Shown: positions 49,155 through 58,767 of the stretch, piece by piece
How positions within the stretch are numbered: position 1 is the first letter of the stretch
Layout of the letters: every line of letters begins with the position of its first letter
Assembly: GCA_963674825.1 (NCBI GenBank)
Contig: OY771587.1
Span: forward strand, 64,001-128,000
Length of the DNA stretch: 64,000 bases
Source of the DNA: Candidatus Cloacimonadales bacterium
GTDB lineage: Bacteria > Cloacimonadota > Cloacimonadia > Cloacimonadales > JAIOQZ01
Reading direction: 5' to 3'
The notes under the pieces: generated by a model
The model's input: the letters and a program-made list of their open reading frames with translations, nothing else
Told to the model about the DNA's origin: nothing
Database searches by the model: none
Made by a program: the position numbers and the translations under genes

Positions 49155-51881
49155 ATGGAGATTGCCGTGAATAAAATGCCGCTAAAACTCCTGTACGTCG
49201 ATGATGATCCGCAAATACGCAGCATCGTTGGTGAGATGATGCATACGCTCGCTGAAACGGTGTACATTGGCGAAAATGGTCAGGAAGGGCTCGAGCTCTA
49301 TAAAATGCACAAACCCGACCTCGTTGTTACCGACATCCGCATGCCGGTTATGAACGGGCTGGAAATGATCCGCAGGATTCGTGAACATGGCTCTGAAGCG
49401 AGATTCATTGTGATGTCCGCTCACGAGGAGACTGATTTCTTCCTTTCCGCAATCGACGTTGGCGTCAATGGCTTTCTGATTAAACCTATCGAAAGTCAGA
49501 AGCTTTCTTCTCTCGTGCGTGAATTGGGACGTTCCGCGATCCTTGAACGGCAGCTTCGCGAGGAAGAAGCTCAACGCAAGCAAATGCAGCAAGCACTCTC
49601 AGAGAGCGAACAACGCTATCAGATCGCAACACAAGCAGGGCGCGTCGGAGTTTGGGAGTGGTGCCTGGACACGGAAGAGATTTACTTCTACCCCACATTA
49701 AAACTTATCCTCGGCATTGAGGGTCAAGATATTGGATATCACGTTACCGATCTTGAAAAATTCTTGCCGGTTGCTGAAGCTAAACGCTTTATCAAGGCAG
49801 GCTACGACCACCTTGAGGGCAAAACGGAGCAGGTTGAGATCGAAGAACGTCTTTATTGCAGTGATTGCAAGACTCGGTACGTATTATTCCGCGGAAAGGC
49901 GATTTACGACGAAAAAGGAAATGCTAAGAAGCTGATCGGAACCGGCACAGATATCACGCAGCTACGTCAAGCGGAGGACAACCTCAAAAACGAGCGGAAC
50001 CTATTTATCCAGGGACCAGTCGTGATCCTTCGTTGGGATCCGATCAATCAAGATGAAATGCAGCTCGAATATGTTTCACCCAACTGCACGGATATCATCG
50101 GCTTCAGCAAAGAGCAGATCCTCGATGAAGCGGGTGGGTTCGATAATCTGATTCATATCAGCGATCGCCGTCGAGTGCTTGAAGAACGTGAATATTTCTT
50201 CTCCAAACCAAGTATTTCAAACTTTGAACACGCCCCGTTCCGCATCGTACATATCGAAGGCGATGTGATCTGGGTGAAGATGTATATTACCGTGATACGC
50301 GACAAACAGGGAGCGTTCAGTAACCTTCTGGGCTACGTTGTCGATATCACAGATCAGAAGCGCTACGAACAGGAGCTTCGGATCGCGAAAGATCAGGCGG
50401 AACGCGCAGCGACAGCAAAAAGTGAATTCCTGGCGAACATGAGCCATGAAATCCGCACACCGATGAATGCTGTTCTCGGGTTCGCGGAGTTGCTGGATCA
50501 ATTGGTGACGGACGAACGTCAACGCAGCTATTTGCAATCGATCAAATCAAGCGGCAAGAACCTCCTCACGCTTATCAACGACATTCTCGACCTATCCAAG
50601 ATCGAAGCCGGTAAGTTGGAGCTTCAGTTTGAGCCGGTAAGTCTTTACTCCCTTTTCGAGGAAATCCGTCATATCTTCAATGTACGAATCCAGGAAAAGG
50701 GACTCCAACTGCTGATCAATATCGATCAGAATCTACCGCCGAGCCTGCTTCTGGATGAAGTACGGCTGCGCCAGATTCTTTTCAACCTGATCGGTAATGC
50801 GGTGAAGTTCACCGATCGCGGTCATATTAGTCTCACTGCAGAAAAACGCGCTGATAGTCAGGATGGCAGCACCATTGATCTGGTATTCGAAATCGAAGAT
50901 ACCGGTATCGGCATCCCGATCGAATCGATTGAAAAAATCTTCGAGTCATTCCGTCAGCAGGACGGACAGAGCACCAAGAAATATGGAGGCACGGGCCTGG
51001 GGCTGACGATCACCAAGCGGCTGGTCGAGATGATGAATGGCCGGATCGCTGTCCGTAGCGTACTCAACAAAGGCTCAGTGTTCGAGATTGTTTTCCGCGA
51101 CGTGGCAATCTCAGCGCAATCGGCAAAAGTGAAGCGCGAAGAGCTCTTCGATCCAGATAAAATCACCTTTGAACCGGCTACCGTTCTCGTGGTCGATGAC
51201 ATAGAGAACAACCGGAATCTGGTTAAGGAATTCCTCTTGAGCCAACCGCTTACGATTATCGAAGCGAAGGATGGAAAAGAGGCGATCGAAGTTGCCCGAG
51301 CTAACAAGCCGGATATCATATTTATGGATATTCGTATGCCTATCATGAATGGTGATGAGGCAACGGAGATCCTGAAAAACGACGACGAGACGAAGGACAT
51401 CATCGTCATCGCGCTGACAGCGTCGGTGATGAAATCGGATATCGACCAGATCATGGAGAAAGGTTTCGACAGCTTCCTGAGAAAGCCTGTCCAGCGACAT
51501 GATCTGCTGAAAGAACTGGCTCAACACCTCGCGAATTCAGCTCCCGAGCAACCGGAAATTATCGAGCCGCAAGAATTCAGCTACAAGATGGAAGATATTG
51601 ATATCCGTCCGGAAATGCTGGATGAGCTGAACGATCGATTCAAAGAGACGTTCCAGTCGGCTCAGGCAAGTGGCGACATCGACGAAATAGGCTCATTTGC
51701 GGATGAACTGCAAGCCTTTGCACAAGAAAAAGCGATTCCCCCCGTGGAAGATTTTGCGCATCAATTGAAAACGCATGTTATGAATTTCGATATTGAGAGA
51801 ATGACAAACCTGTTTCAGCGTTTTCCCGTATTGGTTGAAGAACTTGAACAGTCCTGTAACGACAGCGGAGGTAAAGAATGA
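49155..51881 (+). CDS. Hybrid histidine kinase REC-PAS-PAS-HisKA-HATPase-REC
   Basis: DIRMP (twice), PAS DIT motifs, FLANMSHEIRTPMN, NLIGNAVKFT, DTGIG, GGTGLGL. Confidence 0.95.
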   Translation: MEIAVNKMPLKLLYVDDDPQIRSIVGEMMHTLAETVYIGENGQEGLELYKMHKPDLVVTDIRMPVMNGLEMIRRIREHGSEARFIVMSAHEETDFFLSAIDVGVNGFLIKPIESQKLSSLVRELGRSAILERQLREEEAQRKQMQQALSESEQRYQIATQAGRVGVWEWCLDTEEIYFYPTLKLILGIEGQDIGYHVTDLEKFLPVAEAKRFIKAGYDHLEGKTEQVEIEERLYCSDCKTRYVLFRGKAIYDEKGNAKKLIGTGTDITQLRQAEDNLKNERNLFIQGPVVILRWDPINQDEMQLEYVSPNCTDIIGFSKEQILDEAGGFDNLIHISDRRRVLEEREYFFSKPSISNFEHAPFRIVHIEGDVIWVKMYITVIRDKQGAFSNLLGYVVDITDQKRYEQELRIAKDQAERAATAKSEFLANMSHEIRTPMNAVLGFAELLDQLVTDERQRSYLQSIKSSGKNLLTLINDILDLSKIEAGKLELQFEPVSLYSLFEEIRHIFNVRIQEKGLQLLINIDQNLPPSLLLDEVRLRQILFNLIGNAVKFTDRGHISLTAEKRADSQDGSTIDLVFEIEDTGIGIPIESIEKIFESFRQQDGQSTKKYGGTGLGLTITKRLVEMMNGRIAVRSVLNKGSVFEIVFRDVAISAQSAKVKREELFDPDKITFEPATVLVVDDIENNRNLVKEFLLSQPLTIIEAKDGKEAIEVARANKPDIIFMDIRMPIMNGDEATEILKNDDETKDIIVIALTASVMKSDIDQIMEKGFDSFLRKPVQRHDLLKELAQHLANSAPEQPEIIEPQEFSYKMEDIDIRPEMLDELNDRFKETFQSAQASGDIDEIGSFADELQAFAQEKAIPPVEDFAHQLKTHVMNFDIERMTNLFQRFPVLVEELEQSCNDSGGKE

Positions 51882-53029
51882 ACGAGGATAAATACAGGCT
51901 GCTGCTGGTAGATGACGTGCCTAACAACATCATGGTTGCCGGAAATATCCTGCGAAAGATGAACTACTCGATCGTCTTCGCGACAAATGGACGAGAAGCG
52001 CTCGATCGCGTGAAGATGAACAGCTTCGATTTGATCCTGCTGGATATCATGATGCCTGAGATGGACGGCTTCGAGGTGTGTCGCAGGCTTAAGGGCGATC
52101 CGGCGACCAAGGATATCCCGATCATCTTCCTCACAGCCAAGATGGATACTGAAAGCATCGTTCAGGCATACGACGTCGGTGGACAGGACTTTGTCACCAA
52201 ACCTTTCAACGAAACCGAGCTGCTTGCCCGTATCAAGGTACATCTCGAGCTCAGCAAATCGCACGAGAAGCTTAGAAACATGAATGACAAGCTTCAGCAC
52301 GAGATCAATGAACGAACGCAACTCGAAGAGGAAATCCGCAAGAAAAACGAGGAACTCGACCGACGAGTCAAAGAACGCACTACCGAATTGCGTATCGAGA
52401 TCGAAGAACGCAAGAAAACCGGTGAAGCGCTTAAAAAGACTAATAACCGGCTAAATGAACTCACTTTCGAAATCATCTTCACCATGGCACGCCTGGTGGA
52501 AATTCGCGATCCGTACACCGCTGGTCATCAGCAGCGCGTGTGGCAACTCGCCCACGCAATCGGCGAAGAGATGAAACTCGAACAGAACAGCATGGAAGCG
52601 CTCAGAGCGGCAGCGATCGTTCACGATCTCGGTAAGATGTATATCCCCAGCGAGATTCTCTCCAAACCAGGCAGACTGGAGCCTGTTGAATTCGAATTTC
52701 TCAAGCTGCACCCATCCAAGGGATACGAAATCCTCAAAGCGATCGACTTCCCCTGGCCTGTCGCCGATATCGTGTATCAGCATCATGAGAGGATAAACGG
52801 AACCGGTTACCCGAACAAACTCACCGGTGACCAGATTCTCCCTGAAGCAAAGATCATCGCGGTTTCCGACGTTGTCGAAGCGATCTCGTCTCACCGTCCG
52901 TACCGTCCATCTTTGGGTATTGATTTTGCCCTTGAACAGATACAAAAGGAAAAAGGAACCTCCTTCGAAGCTGAAGTTGTAGACGCCTGTTTACGGGTAT
53001 TCCAAAATGGCTTCAGCTTTCAGAAGTAA
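51878..53029 (+). CDS. Response regulator with HD-GYP phosphodiesterase (RpfG-like)
   Basis: DIMMPEMDG; RDPYTAGH, HDLGK, HHERINGTGYP, HRPYR. Confidence 0.94.
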   Translation: MNEDKYRLLLVDDVPNNIMVAGNILRKMNYSIVFATNGREALDRVKMNSFDLILLDIMMPEMDGFEVCRRLKGDPATKDIPIIFLTAKMDTESIVQAYDVGGQDFVTKPFNETELLARIKVHLELSKSHEKLRNMNDKLQHEINERTQLEEEIRKKNEELDRRVKERTTELRIEIEERKKTGEALKKTNNRLNELTFEIIFTMARLVEIRDPYTAGHQQRVWQLAHAIGEEMKLEQNSMEALRAAAIVHDLGKMYIPSEILSKPGRLEPVEFEFLKLHPSKGYEILKAIDFPWPVADIVYQHHERINGTGYPNKLTGDQILPEAKIIAVSDVVEAISSHRPYRPSLGIDFALEQIQKEKGTSFEAEVVDACLRVFQNGFSFQK

Positions 53030-53045
53030 TTGACGATAAAGGATT

Positions 53046-53927
53046 ATGGATCTATCAAGCGAACCGATAATTACCATCAATGAGATCCTGAAGCTTGTCA
53101 ATCAGTCGTATATATCGACGATCCGACATAGCTTGATGGAAATATTCCGTGTGATTAACGATCCGGGAACAAGCGCCCGGGATCTCACCGAAATCATCGA
53201 ACACGATCCGCCTCTCTGTGCTAAAGTCATCCGACTCGCAAACTCCGCTTATTACGGGTCAAGACGCTATATTGACGAAATCAAGCAGGCAATCGTCTGG
53301 CTTGGCTTCAATACGGTCAAAGAACTCGCCCTGAGCCAGAAGATTTGCGAACTTTTCCACGGCGCTGACCAACTGATCGGCACCTACTCCCGGACAAACC
53401 TCTGGAAGCACAGTGCTGCGGTAGCGCTTTGTGGGAAGATGATATACCGTCGCGAGCTGCGCGATCCGGGTCAGGTCGTCTATACCGCCGGTCTACTACA
53501 CGATATTGGCATCATCATCGAAGATCAGTTTCTGCATGAAACGTTTGTAAAAAACGTGATCGAAGCGGAAAGCACCGAACAGGACCTCTATCTGGTAGAA
53601 AAAGCCAGACAAGGCATCACACACCAGCAGATCGGCTATGCGATCGCAGAGAATTGGGGTTTCCCAGTGAATTTGTCTGTCGGTATCGGCCACCACCACA
53701 CGCCAGTGCACGCAATTAGCGGAAATCAGCAGATGAATTACGTGCTGTATATTGCCAATTATGTATGCCAGAAGATGGAAATCGGATATTCGGATGCTCC
53801 GTATTCCGATGACGATACCTATGAAAAGTGTCTTAACGATCTTGGGATCGATCAGATTTCAATTGACCTGATTAGTGAAGATCTTATAAATGAGATTCTT
53901 AAAATGGAACAACATGGGTGGTTCTAA
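53046..53927 (+). CDS. HDOD domain protein
   Basis: DPPLCAKVIRLANSAYY, LG, WKHS, GLLHDIG, WGFP, HH. Confidence 0.93.
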   Translation: MDLSSEPIITINEILKLVNQSYISTIRHSLMEIFRVINDPGTSARDLTEIIEHDPPLCAKVIRLANSAYYGSRRYIDEIKQAIVWLGFNTVKELALSQKICELFHGADQLIGTYSRTNLWKHSAAVALCGKMIYRRELRDPGQVVYTAGLLHDIGIIIEDQFLHETFVKNVIEAESTEQDLYLVEKARQGITHQQIGYAIAENWGFPVNLSVGIGHHHTPVHAISGNQQMNYVLYIANYVCQKMEIGYSDAPYSDDDTYEKCLNDLGIDQISIDLISEDLINEILKMEQHGWF

Positions 53928-55267
53928 TCGTGCCTGAAAAGACCAAAGACCAGATTATCGACGAATTGCAACAGCACCACAAACTGCTGGAAACCAAACT
54001 GAGACACCTGAGCAACGACCTGGCGATGACCCGTCACGAATACGAAGTCGCGGCCAACAAGCATCTCGAGCTGATGAAAAGCCTCGAAGCGACCAATGTC
54101 GAGCTCGAACGGAAAAACCAGCTGATCACCGATCAGAACTACGAAATACGTGAACAGCGCAACGAGCTCAAGACGCAATACAGGTTCCTCCAGATCCTGC
54201 TCGACGATATTCCAAATCCCATTTTCCACAAGAATCGCAACGGTGTATATATCGGTTGCAACAAGGCTTTCAAATCTTTCTTCGGCAGGAAGGAAGAAGA
54301 GATCATCGGCAGAACTGAATACGACTTCTTCTCAGCCGATCTGGCAGACTTCTATACAGAGCAGGACCGTGAATTGATGGCTTCCGGAGGAATCCAGCAT
54401 TACGAAGCCAAAGTCATGAACAAAGACGGCGACCTGCACGATATCATCTACAATAAAACAGTATTCTACGACCTCGAAGGCCGCGTTGCAGGTATCATCG
54501 GTGTCATGGAAGACATAACCAAGGTCAGACAGGCGAACAAAGCGCTTGAGGAATCTGAGAAGAACCTCATGGAAGCCAATGCAGCCAAGGACAAATTCTT
54601 TTCCATCATCGCACATGCGCTAAAGAATCCGCTCAACGCGTTACTGCTTACCAGCGAATTCCTTTCTCAGAAGATCACATCACTGCCACCAGAAAAACAG
54701 CAGAGTATGATCGACAACATGACCGATTCGACCAAACGCCTTTCCAATCTACTGGAGGACCTCCTTACCTGGGCTCGCACGCAGGTTGGGAAAATGCCGT
54801 TCTTCCCCGAGCAACTCGATCTTAACATCATTACCGACGAATGCATCGAGCTCTACGAAACAAACATCCAAGATAAACAGCTCGAGGTGATTAACCAGCT
54901 TGAGGATGGCGATTTTGCGTATGCAGATAAAAACATGGTGCGTACGATCATACGGAATCTGGTTTCTAACGCGATCAAATTCACTCATCGTGAAGGCAGG
55001 ATTGTCATCTCGCGCAAGGAATGTGAAGATTATATTGAAGTTGTTGTAGAAGATACCGGTGTCGGTATATGTCCGGAAGATCTCAAGAATCTATTCCGAA
55101 TCGATACTCATTTCACCACGCGTGGTACGGAAAATGAATCAGGAACCGGACTCGGGCTCCTGCTTTGCAACGAATTCGCTGAGCGAAATCGCGGACGACT
55201 GGCTGTCGAAAGTGAAGAAGGCAAGGGCAGTAAATTTATGGTCATCCTTCCCCGCAGGGAAAGCTGA
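53918..55267 (+). CDS. PAS sensor histidine kinase with atypical H-box
   Basis: IPNPIF..N..G.YIGCN PAS; FFSIIAHALKNP; RNLVSNAIKFT; DTGVG; GTGLGL. Confidence 0.92.
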   Translation: MVLIVPEKTKDQIIDELQQHHKLLETKLRHLSNDLAMTRHEYEVAANKHLELMKSLEATNVELERKNQLITDQNYEIREQRNELKTQYRFLQILLDDIPNPIFHKNRNGVYIGCNKAFKSFFGRKEEEIIGRTEYDFFSADLADFYTEQDRELMASGGIQHYEAKVMNKDGDLHDIIYNKTVFYDLEGRVAGIIGVMEDITKVRQANKALEESEKNLMEANAAKDKFFSIIAHALKNPLNALLLTSEFLSQKITSLPPEKQQSMIDNMTDSTKRLSNLLEDLLTWARTQVGKMPFFPEQLDLNIITDECIELYETNIQDKQLEVINQLEDGDFAYADKNMVRTIIRNLVSNAIKFTHREGRIVISRKECEDYIEVVVEDTGVGICPEDLKNLFRIDTHFTTRGTENESGTGLGLLLCNEFAERNRGRLAVESEEGKGSKFMVILPRRES

Positions 55268-55274
55268 TCTTACA

Positions 55275-56543
55275 TTATTTCGATTTTTTTCTCCGAAGCA
55301 GCACCACACAATCTTCAATCGTCGCTTTCCCCAAAACAATATCCTCGGCCAGCGCCATGCATGTAGGTGAGCCGCATGCGCTGCAATTCAATCCTGGAAG
55401 CTTGTTGTTGATTTCGTTGATCTGTTTCATCTTGTTGATGGCTTGTTTGATATCTGTATCCAGCTTGTGCATTGAGCGCGGTTCGAGTGGAAGAATCCCG
55501 AACTGACCATTCTCGAATAGCTCCATCAGATGCTCTTCATTCAAGTCGCCGATCTTGTTATCAGTAAGAAAACGTTTGATCCGGCTGGTAGCGACGAAGG
55601 GATTCTCTACATTCAGATTTCCGCCGACACACCCACTGATGCAATTCCAGCATACTATGTAATCGAACTTCTCAATCTGGTGATTCTCCACTGCGGAAAG
55701 GATGCGTATCACGTTTTTTACACCACTTACCGCCATCGTTTTCAGCTCTTTGTCACCTACTTGATCCGACTTCATGCCCGAGATTGCCCAGGTGTGGCCA
55801 CGGATCAGGTTGTTCGGGCGACGGGTGCCATTATCCGGCACAACGGAAAGTACACGATTGTAGATTTCACCAATTGAGAAAGCACCCTCTTCTATCTGCT
55901 TGTAGGCAGCTTCAGGTTGGTGAACAGCTACAACATGCGCGATGCACGGAACGATCTGGAAAATGCCGATTTCAGATTCCTTGAAACCCTTTTCTTCCAT
56001 GGTCCGCTGGCGATAATATTGTGACAGGATACTCATGGGAGCTTCGAGCGGCAACACATTCTCCAAAAGCGATGGGAACCGCACCTGGATAAGGCGCACA
56101 ACAGCCGGACAGCTACTGGAAATCAACGGTCTGACACTCGGATTATCCTGAATAGTCTTCCGAACAAGTTCCAGCATCAGCCGCGCAACTTCGGCTTCAT
56201 CCGCAACCTCGTCGAATCCGAGGTCGAGAATCGTCTGCCGAGCCTGGTCGTAGCCAATGGTTTCCTTAAACTGAGAAGCGAACGCGGATGATAGAATCGC
56301 GATCTTGTATTTATAATTCTTGATGATATCGAGGGAGTCCGCTTTGGGAGTCAGAGCTTTGTAGTTACAGGTCTGAATGCACCTGCCGCAATCGATACAA
56401 CGATCTGCATCGATCTGAACCTTGCCCTGCCGGACGCGAATAGCTTCTGTGGGACATACAGCGACACAGTGTGTGCAGCCGGTGCAATTATCGATATTGA
56501 CCTTTATTGCGTGAAAATACTCTTTTATTTCTTCCATATACAA
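55275..56543 (-). CDS. [FeFe]-hydrogenase large-subunit-like Fe-S protein (probably sensory or non-catalytic)
   Basis: Two [4Fe-4S] motifs CTGCTHCVAVCP and CIDCGRCIQTC; SSSCPA, VPCIAH, NCISGCVGG; C-terminal PGLNCSACGSPTC...C. Confidence 0.88.
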   Translation of the reverse strand: MYMEEIKEYFHAIKVNIDNCTGCTHCVAVCPTEAIRVRQGKVQIDADRCIDCGRCIQTCNYKALTPKADSLDIIKNYKYKIAILSSAFASQFKETIGYDQARQTILDLGFDEVADEAEVARLMLELVRKTIQDNPSVRPLISSSCPAVVRLIQVRFPSLLENVLPLEAPMSILSQYYRQRTMEEKGFKESEIGIFQIVPCIAHVVAVHQPEAAYKQIEEGAFSIGEIYNRVLSVVPDNGTRRPNNLIRGHTWAISGMKSDQVGDKELKTMAVSGVKNVIRILSAVENHQIEKFDYIVCWNCISGCVGGNLNVENPFVATSRIKRFLTDNKIGDLNEEHLMELFENGQFGILPLEPRSMHKLDTDIKQAINKMKQINEINNKLPGLNCSACGSPTCMALAEDIVLGKATIEDCVVLLRRKKSK

Positions 56544-56546
56544 TCC

Positions 56547-57038
56547 CTAAAAATATACAAGAACTTCCAACCTCGTGTTTTGACCCTTTGCAGAAACGAT
56601 GTGCATTACATCTGAATTTTTCTGGATGTTTGGCAGACCAAGGCCTGCTCCAAATCCCATTTCTCTGACCTGATCATCCGCAGTTGACCAACCGGGTGTC
56701 ATGGCTTTCTCCAGATTCTCCACACCTGGGCCACGATCCAGCAGAATGATATAGACGCGATCACCGTAGATATTGGCAGAAATCGTACCACCATGCGAAT
56801 GGGCAATGATATTTATTTCCGCTTCATAGGATGCAATCGCTACACGGCGCAGGATTTTCGAATCCACGCCAAGCCGTTTGAGAAGCAGCTTGATATCCGC
56901 TGAAGCTTTCCCTCCGTTCACGAAATCCCGTGCTTCGATTCCGAGATGATGTGTCATCTCCGGTTCCGGGGGATTTGCAAGAAATTCCCGTGCTTCGGCT
57001 TCGTCGATCCCTTCGGAAAAGTGCCAGTGCTCAGCCAT
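56547..57038 (-). CDS. Anti-sigma-factor-type Ser/Thr kinase (RsbT-like)
   Basis: ATG 57038 overlapping the upstream stop; YEAEIN, DRGPG, GWSTA, GFGAGLGLPN. Confidence 0.9.
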   Translation of the reverse strand: MAEHWHFSEGIDEAEAREFLANPPEPEMTHHLGIEARDFVNGGKASADIKLLLKRLGVDSKILRRVAIASYEAEINIIAHSHGGTISANIYGDRVYIILLDRGPGVENLEKAMTPGWSTADDQVREMGFGAGLGLPNIQKNSDVMHIVSAKGQNTRLEVLVYF

Positions 57039-57384
57039 CGATCTTACAGCTCCGCAATCCGACATTGTAAAGAATACCGGATGTCTTGTAAAGCGTGAAT
57101 TTCGTAAGGATAAGCGGCAGATCGCGTTCTTCCGCCATCTCGATGAGTTCATCTGCCGGACGTTTTCCGCGTACGAAAACGATACCGAGAACGTCGATCA
57201 TGTCGGAAAGTCGAATAATCTGTGGATTGGTCAGGCCCGTCAACAATAAAGTTGCTTCTTTTGTACAGTGCAGAATGTCACTGATCAGATCCGATCCGAA
57301 CGCGCACGAAATTTCCTGCTCCAGATCTGCATTCGGAGTCAGGAGTTCGCCCTCGAGCGCTTCCAAGATGTCTTTTAGCTTCAT
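57031..57384 (-). CDS. DRTGG domain protein
   Basis: AFGSDLISDIL, LLTGLTNPQIIR, IVFVRGKRP. Confidence 0.9.
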   Translation of the reverse strand: MKLKDILEALEGELLTPNADLEQEISCAFGSDLISDILHCTKEATLLLTGLTNPQIIRLSDMIDVLGIVFVRGKRPADELIEMAEERDLPLILTKFTLYKTSGILYNVGLRSCKIDG

Positions 57385-58040
57385 TGTTCTTCCTTTGTGT
57401 TTATCGTGCATTCATCGAAACGAACGACTTTTTTCCTTTCGATTTCTCTGAGCCTCCCGCAGAAATCTTCCAATTTCCGGTAGAGCGCGTCGATGGAATT
57501 CGAATTCTCGATAGCTAAATCTGATAGCGATAATTTTTTGTCAATATTCGTTTGTGAACGAATACGTCGTAATATCTCATCTGTCTCCAGATTGTCACGT
57601 TTTTTCAGGCGATCAAGCTGTGTTTGTTCATCGACGTGAATCAGTAAAATGAAATCTACGCAATGTTCCAGACCACTCTCGAATAATAAGGGGATTTCTA
57701 CAATCACAATGTCTTTCTCAAGACTATCGATACGAGCTGAAAGATCGTTACGAATCTCAGGATGGACGATCGCGGATAGCCTTGCAAGGCGCTCTCTGTT
57801 GCCGAATACATGCTTTCCAAGCACTTTGCGGTCTATTGCACCCTTACCATCGAGAATCATTTTACCAAAAACTTCCACCAGACGATTTATAATCTTCGGT
57901 TTCAGAAGTGCCTCATGGCCGAGGATATCCGTGGAAATTACCGGATAACCCCGATCTTCAAACCACCTTGCCGCTACGCTCTTGCCAGAGCCAATATTCC
58001 CCGTAAGGCCGATGATGAGCGGTCTCTTATCGCGTGGCAT
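57381..58040 (-). CDS. coaE: Dephospho-CoA kinase
   Basis: IGLTGNIGSGKS, IDRK, IVHP, EIPLLFE. Confidence 0.95.
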   Translation of the reverse strand: MPRDKRPLIIGLTGNIGSGKSVAARWFEDRGYPVISTDILGHEALLKPKIINRLVEVFGKMILDGKGAIDRKVLGKHVFGNRERLARLSAIVHPEIRNDLSARIDSLEKDIVIVEIPLLFESGLEHCVDFILLIHVDEQTQLDRLKKRDNLETDEILRRIRSQTNIDKKLSLSDLAIENSNSIDALYRKLEDFCGRLREIERKKVVRFDECTINTKEEQ

Positions 58041-58767
58041 CGGCAAGCACCTGCGCAAGCTTTTCCTTGGTGATGTCGGTCTCTATCTCACCGCCCTTGG
58101 CGTACGATATCTTGCCACTTTCTTCCGAGACGATGATGGCCAGCGCGTCCGTCTCTTCGGTCGCACCGATCGCCGCAAGGTGTCTTGTCCCGAATTTCTG
58201 CACAAACTCGACGTTCTGAGAGAGCGGCAGTACCACTTTTACCGCGTAGATGCGATCATCGCGCATGATCACCGCACCGTCGTGCAGGACGGTCTTGCGA
58301 TTGAATATGGTCAGCAGGAGCTTAGCGCTGAGTTTCGCTTCGATCACCTCGCCGGACTTGATGTAATCATTCAACTTCTGTTTGTCCTCAATAAGGATGA
58401 GAGCGCCCGTACGGCGGAAAGACATCGTCATAATCGCTTCCTGCAGAGGCGAATAGATAAACTTCTTTCGAGGCAGGAAGTAGGTGTTGATATTCTGATC
58501 ACCGAATTTCTTGATCATCTCGCGAATTTCGGGCTGAAAAATCACCACGAAGGCTATGAACCAGTAATCGCTGATGAGCTTGAAGATCGTCATCAGAAGC
58601 GTCATTTCCAGCATCACGGAGACGAGGTACAGCACCAGCACAAGGAAAAAGCCAATTAAAATCTGGTATCCGCCTCGACGCTTCATCGCCTTCATCACAC
58701 GGTAGAGGATCGCACTGACCAGCAGGATGTCGATGATATCTTTGAGGGTTGGGACGAAGAAGTTCAT
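58027..58767 (-). CDS. cdaA: Diadenylate cyclase CdaA (membrane-anchored DisA_N)
   Basis: Three TM helices, VIFQPEIR, GALI, HDGA, GTRHLAA, VSEESG. Confidence 0.92.
   Translation of the reverse strand: MNFFVPTLKDIIDILLVSAILYRVMKAMKRRGGYQILIGFFLVLVLYLVSVMLEMTLLMTIFKLISDYWFIAFVVIFQPEIREMIKKFGDQNINTYFLPRKKFIYSPLQEAIMTMSFRRTGALILIEDKQKLNDYIKSGEVIEAKLSAKLLLTIFNRKTVLHDGAVIMRDDRIYAVKVVLPLSQNVEFVQKFGTRHLAAIGATEETDALAIIVSEESGKISYAKGGEIETDITKEKLAQVLADATR

Noticed and set aside
55275..56543. Catalytic H2-evolving hydrogenase
   Set aside because: P1, P2 and P3 catalytic residues are substituted and the gene context is regulatory.
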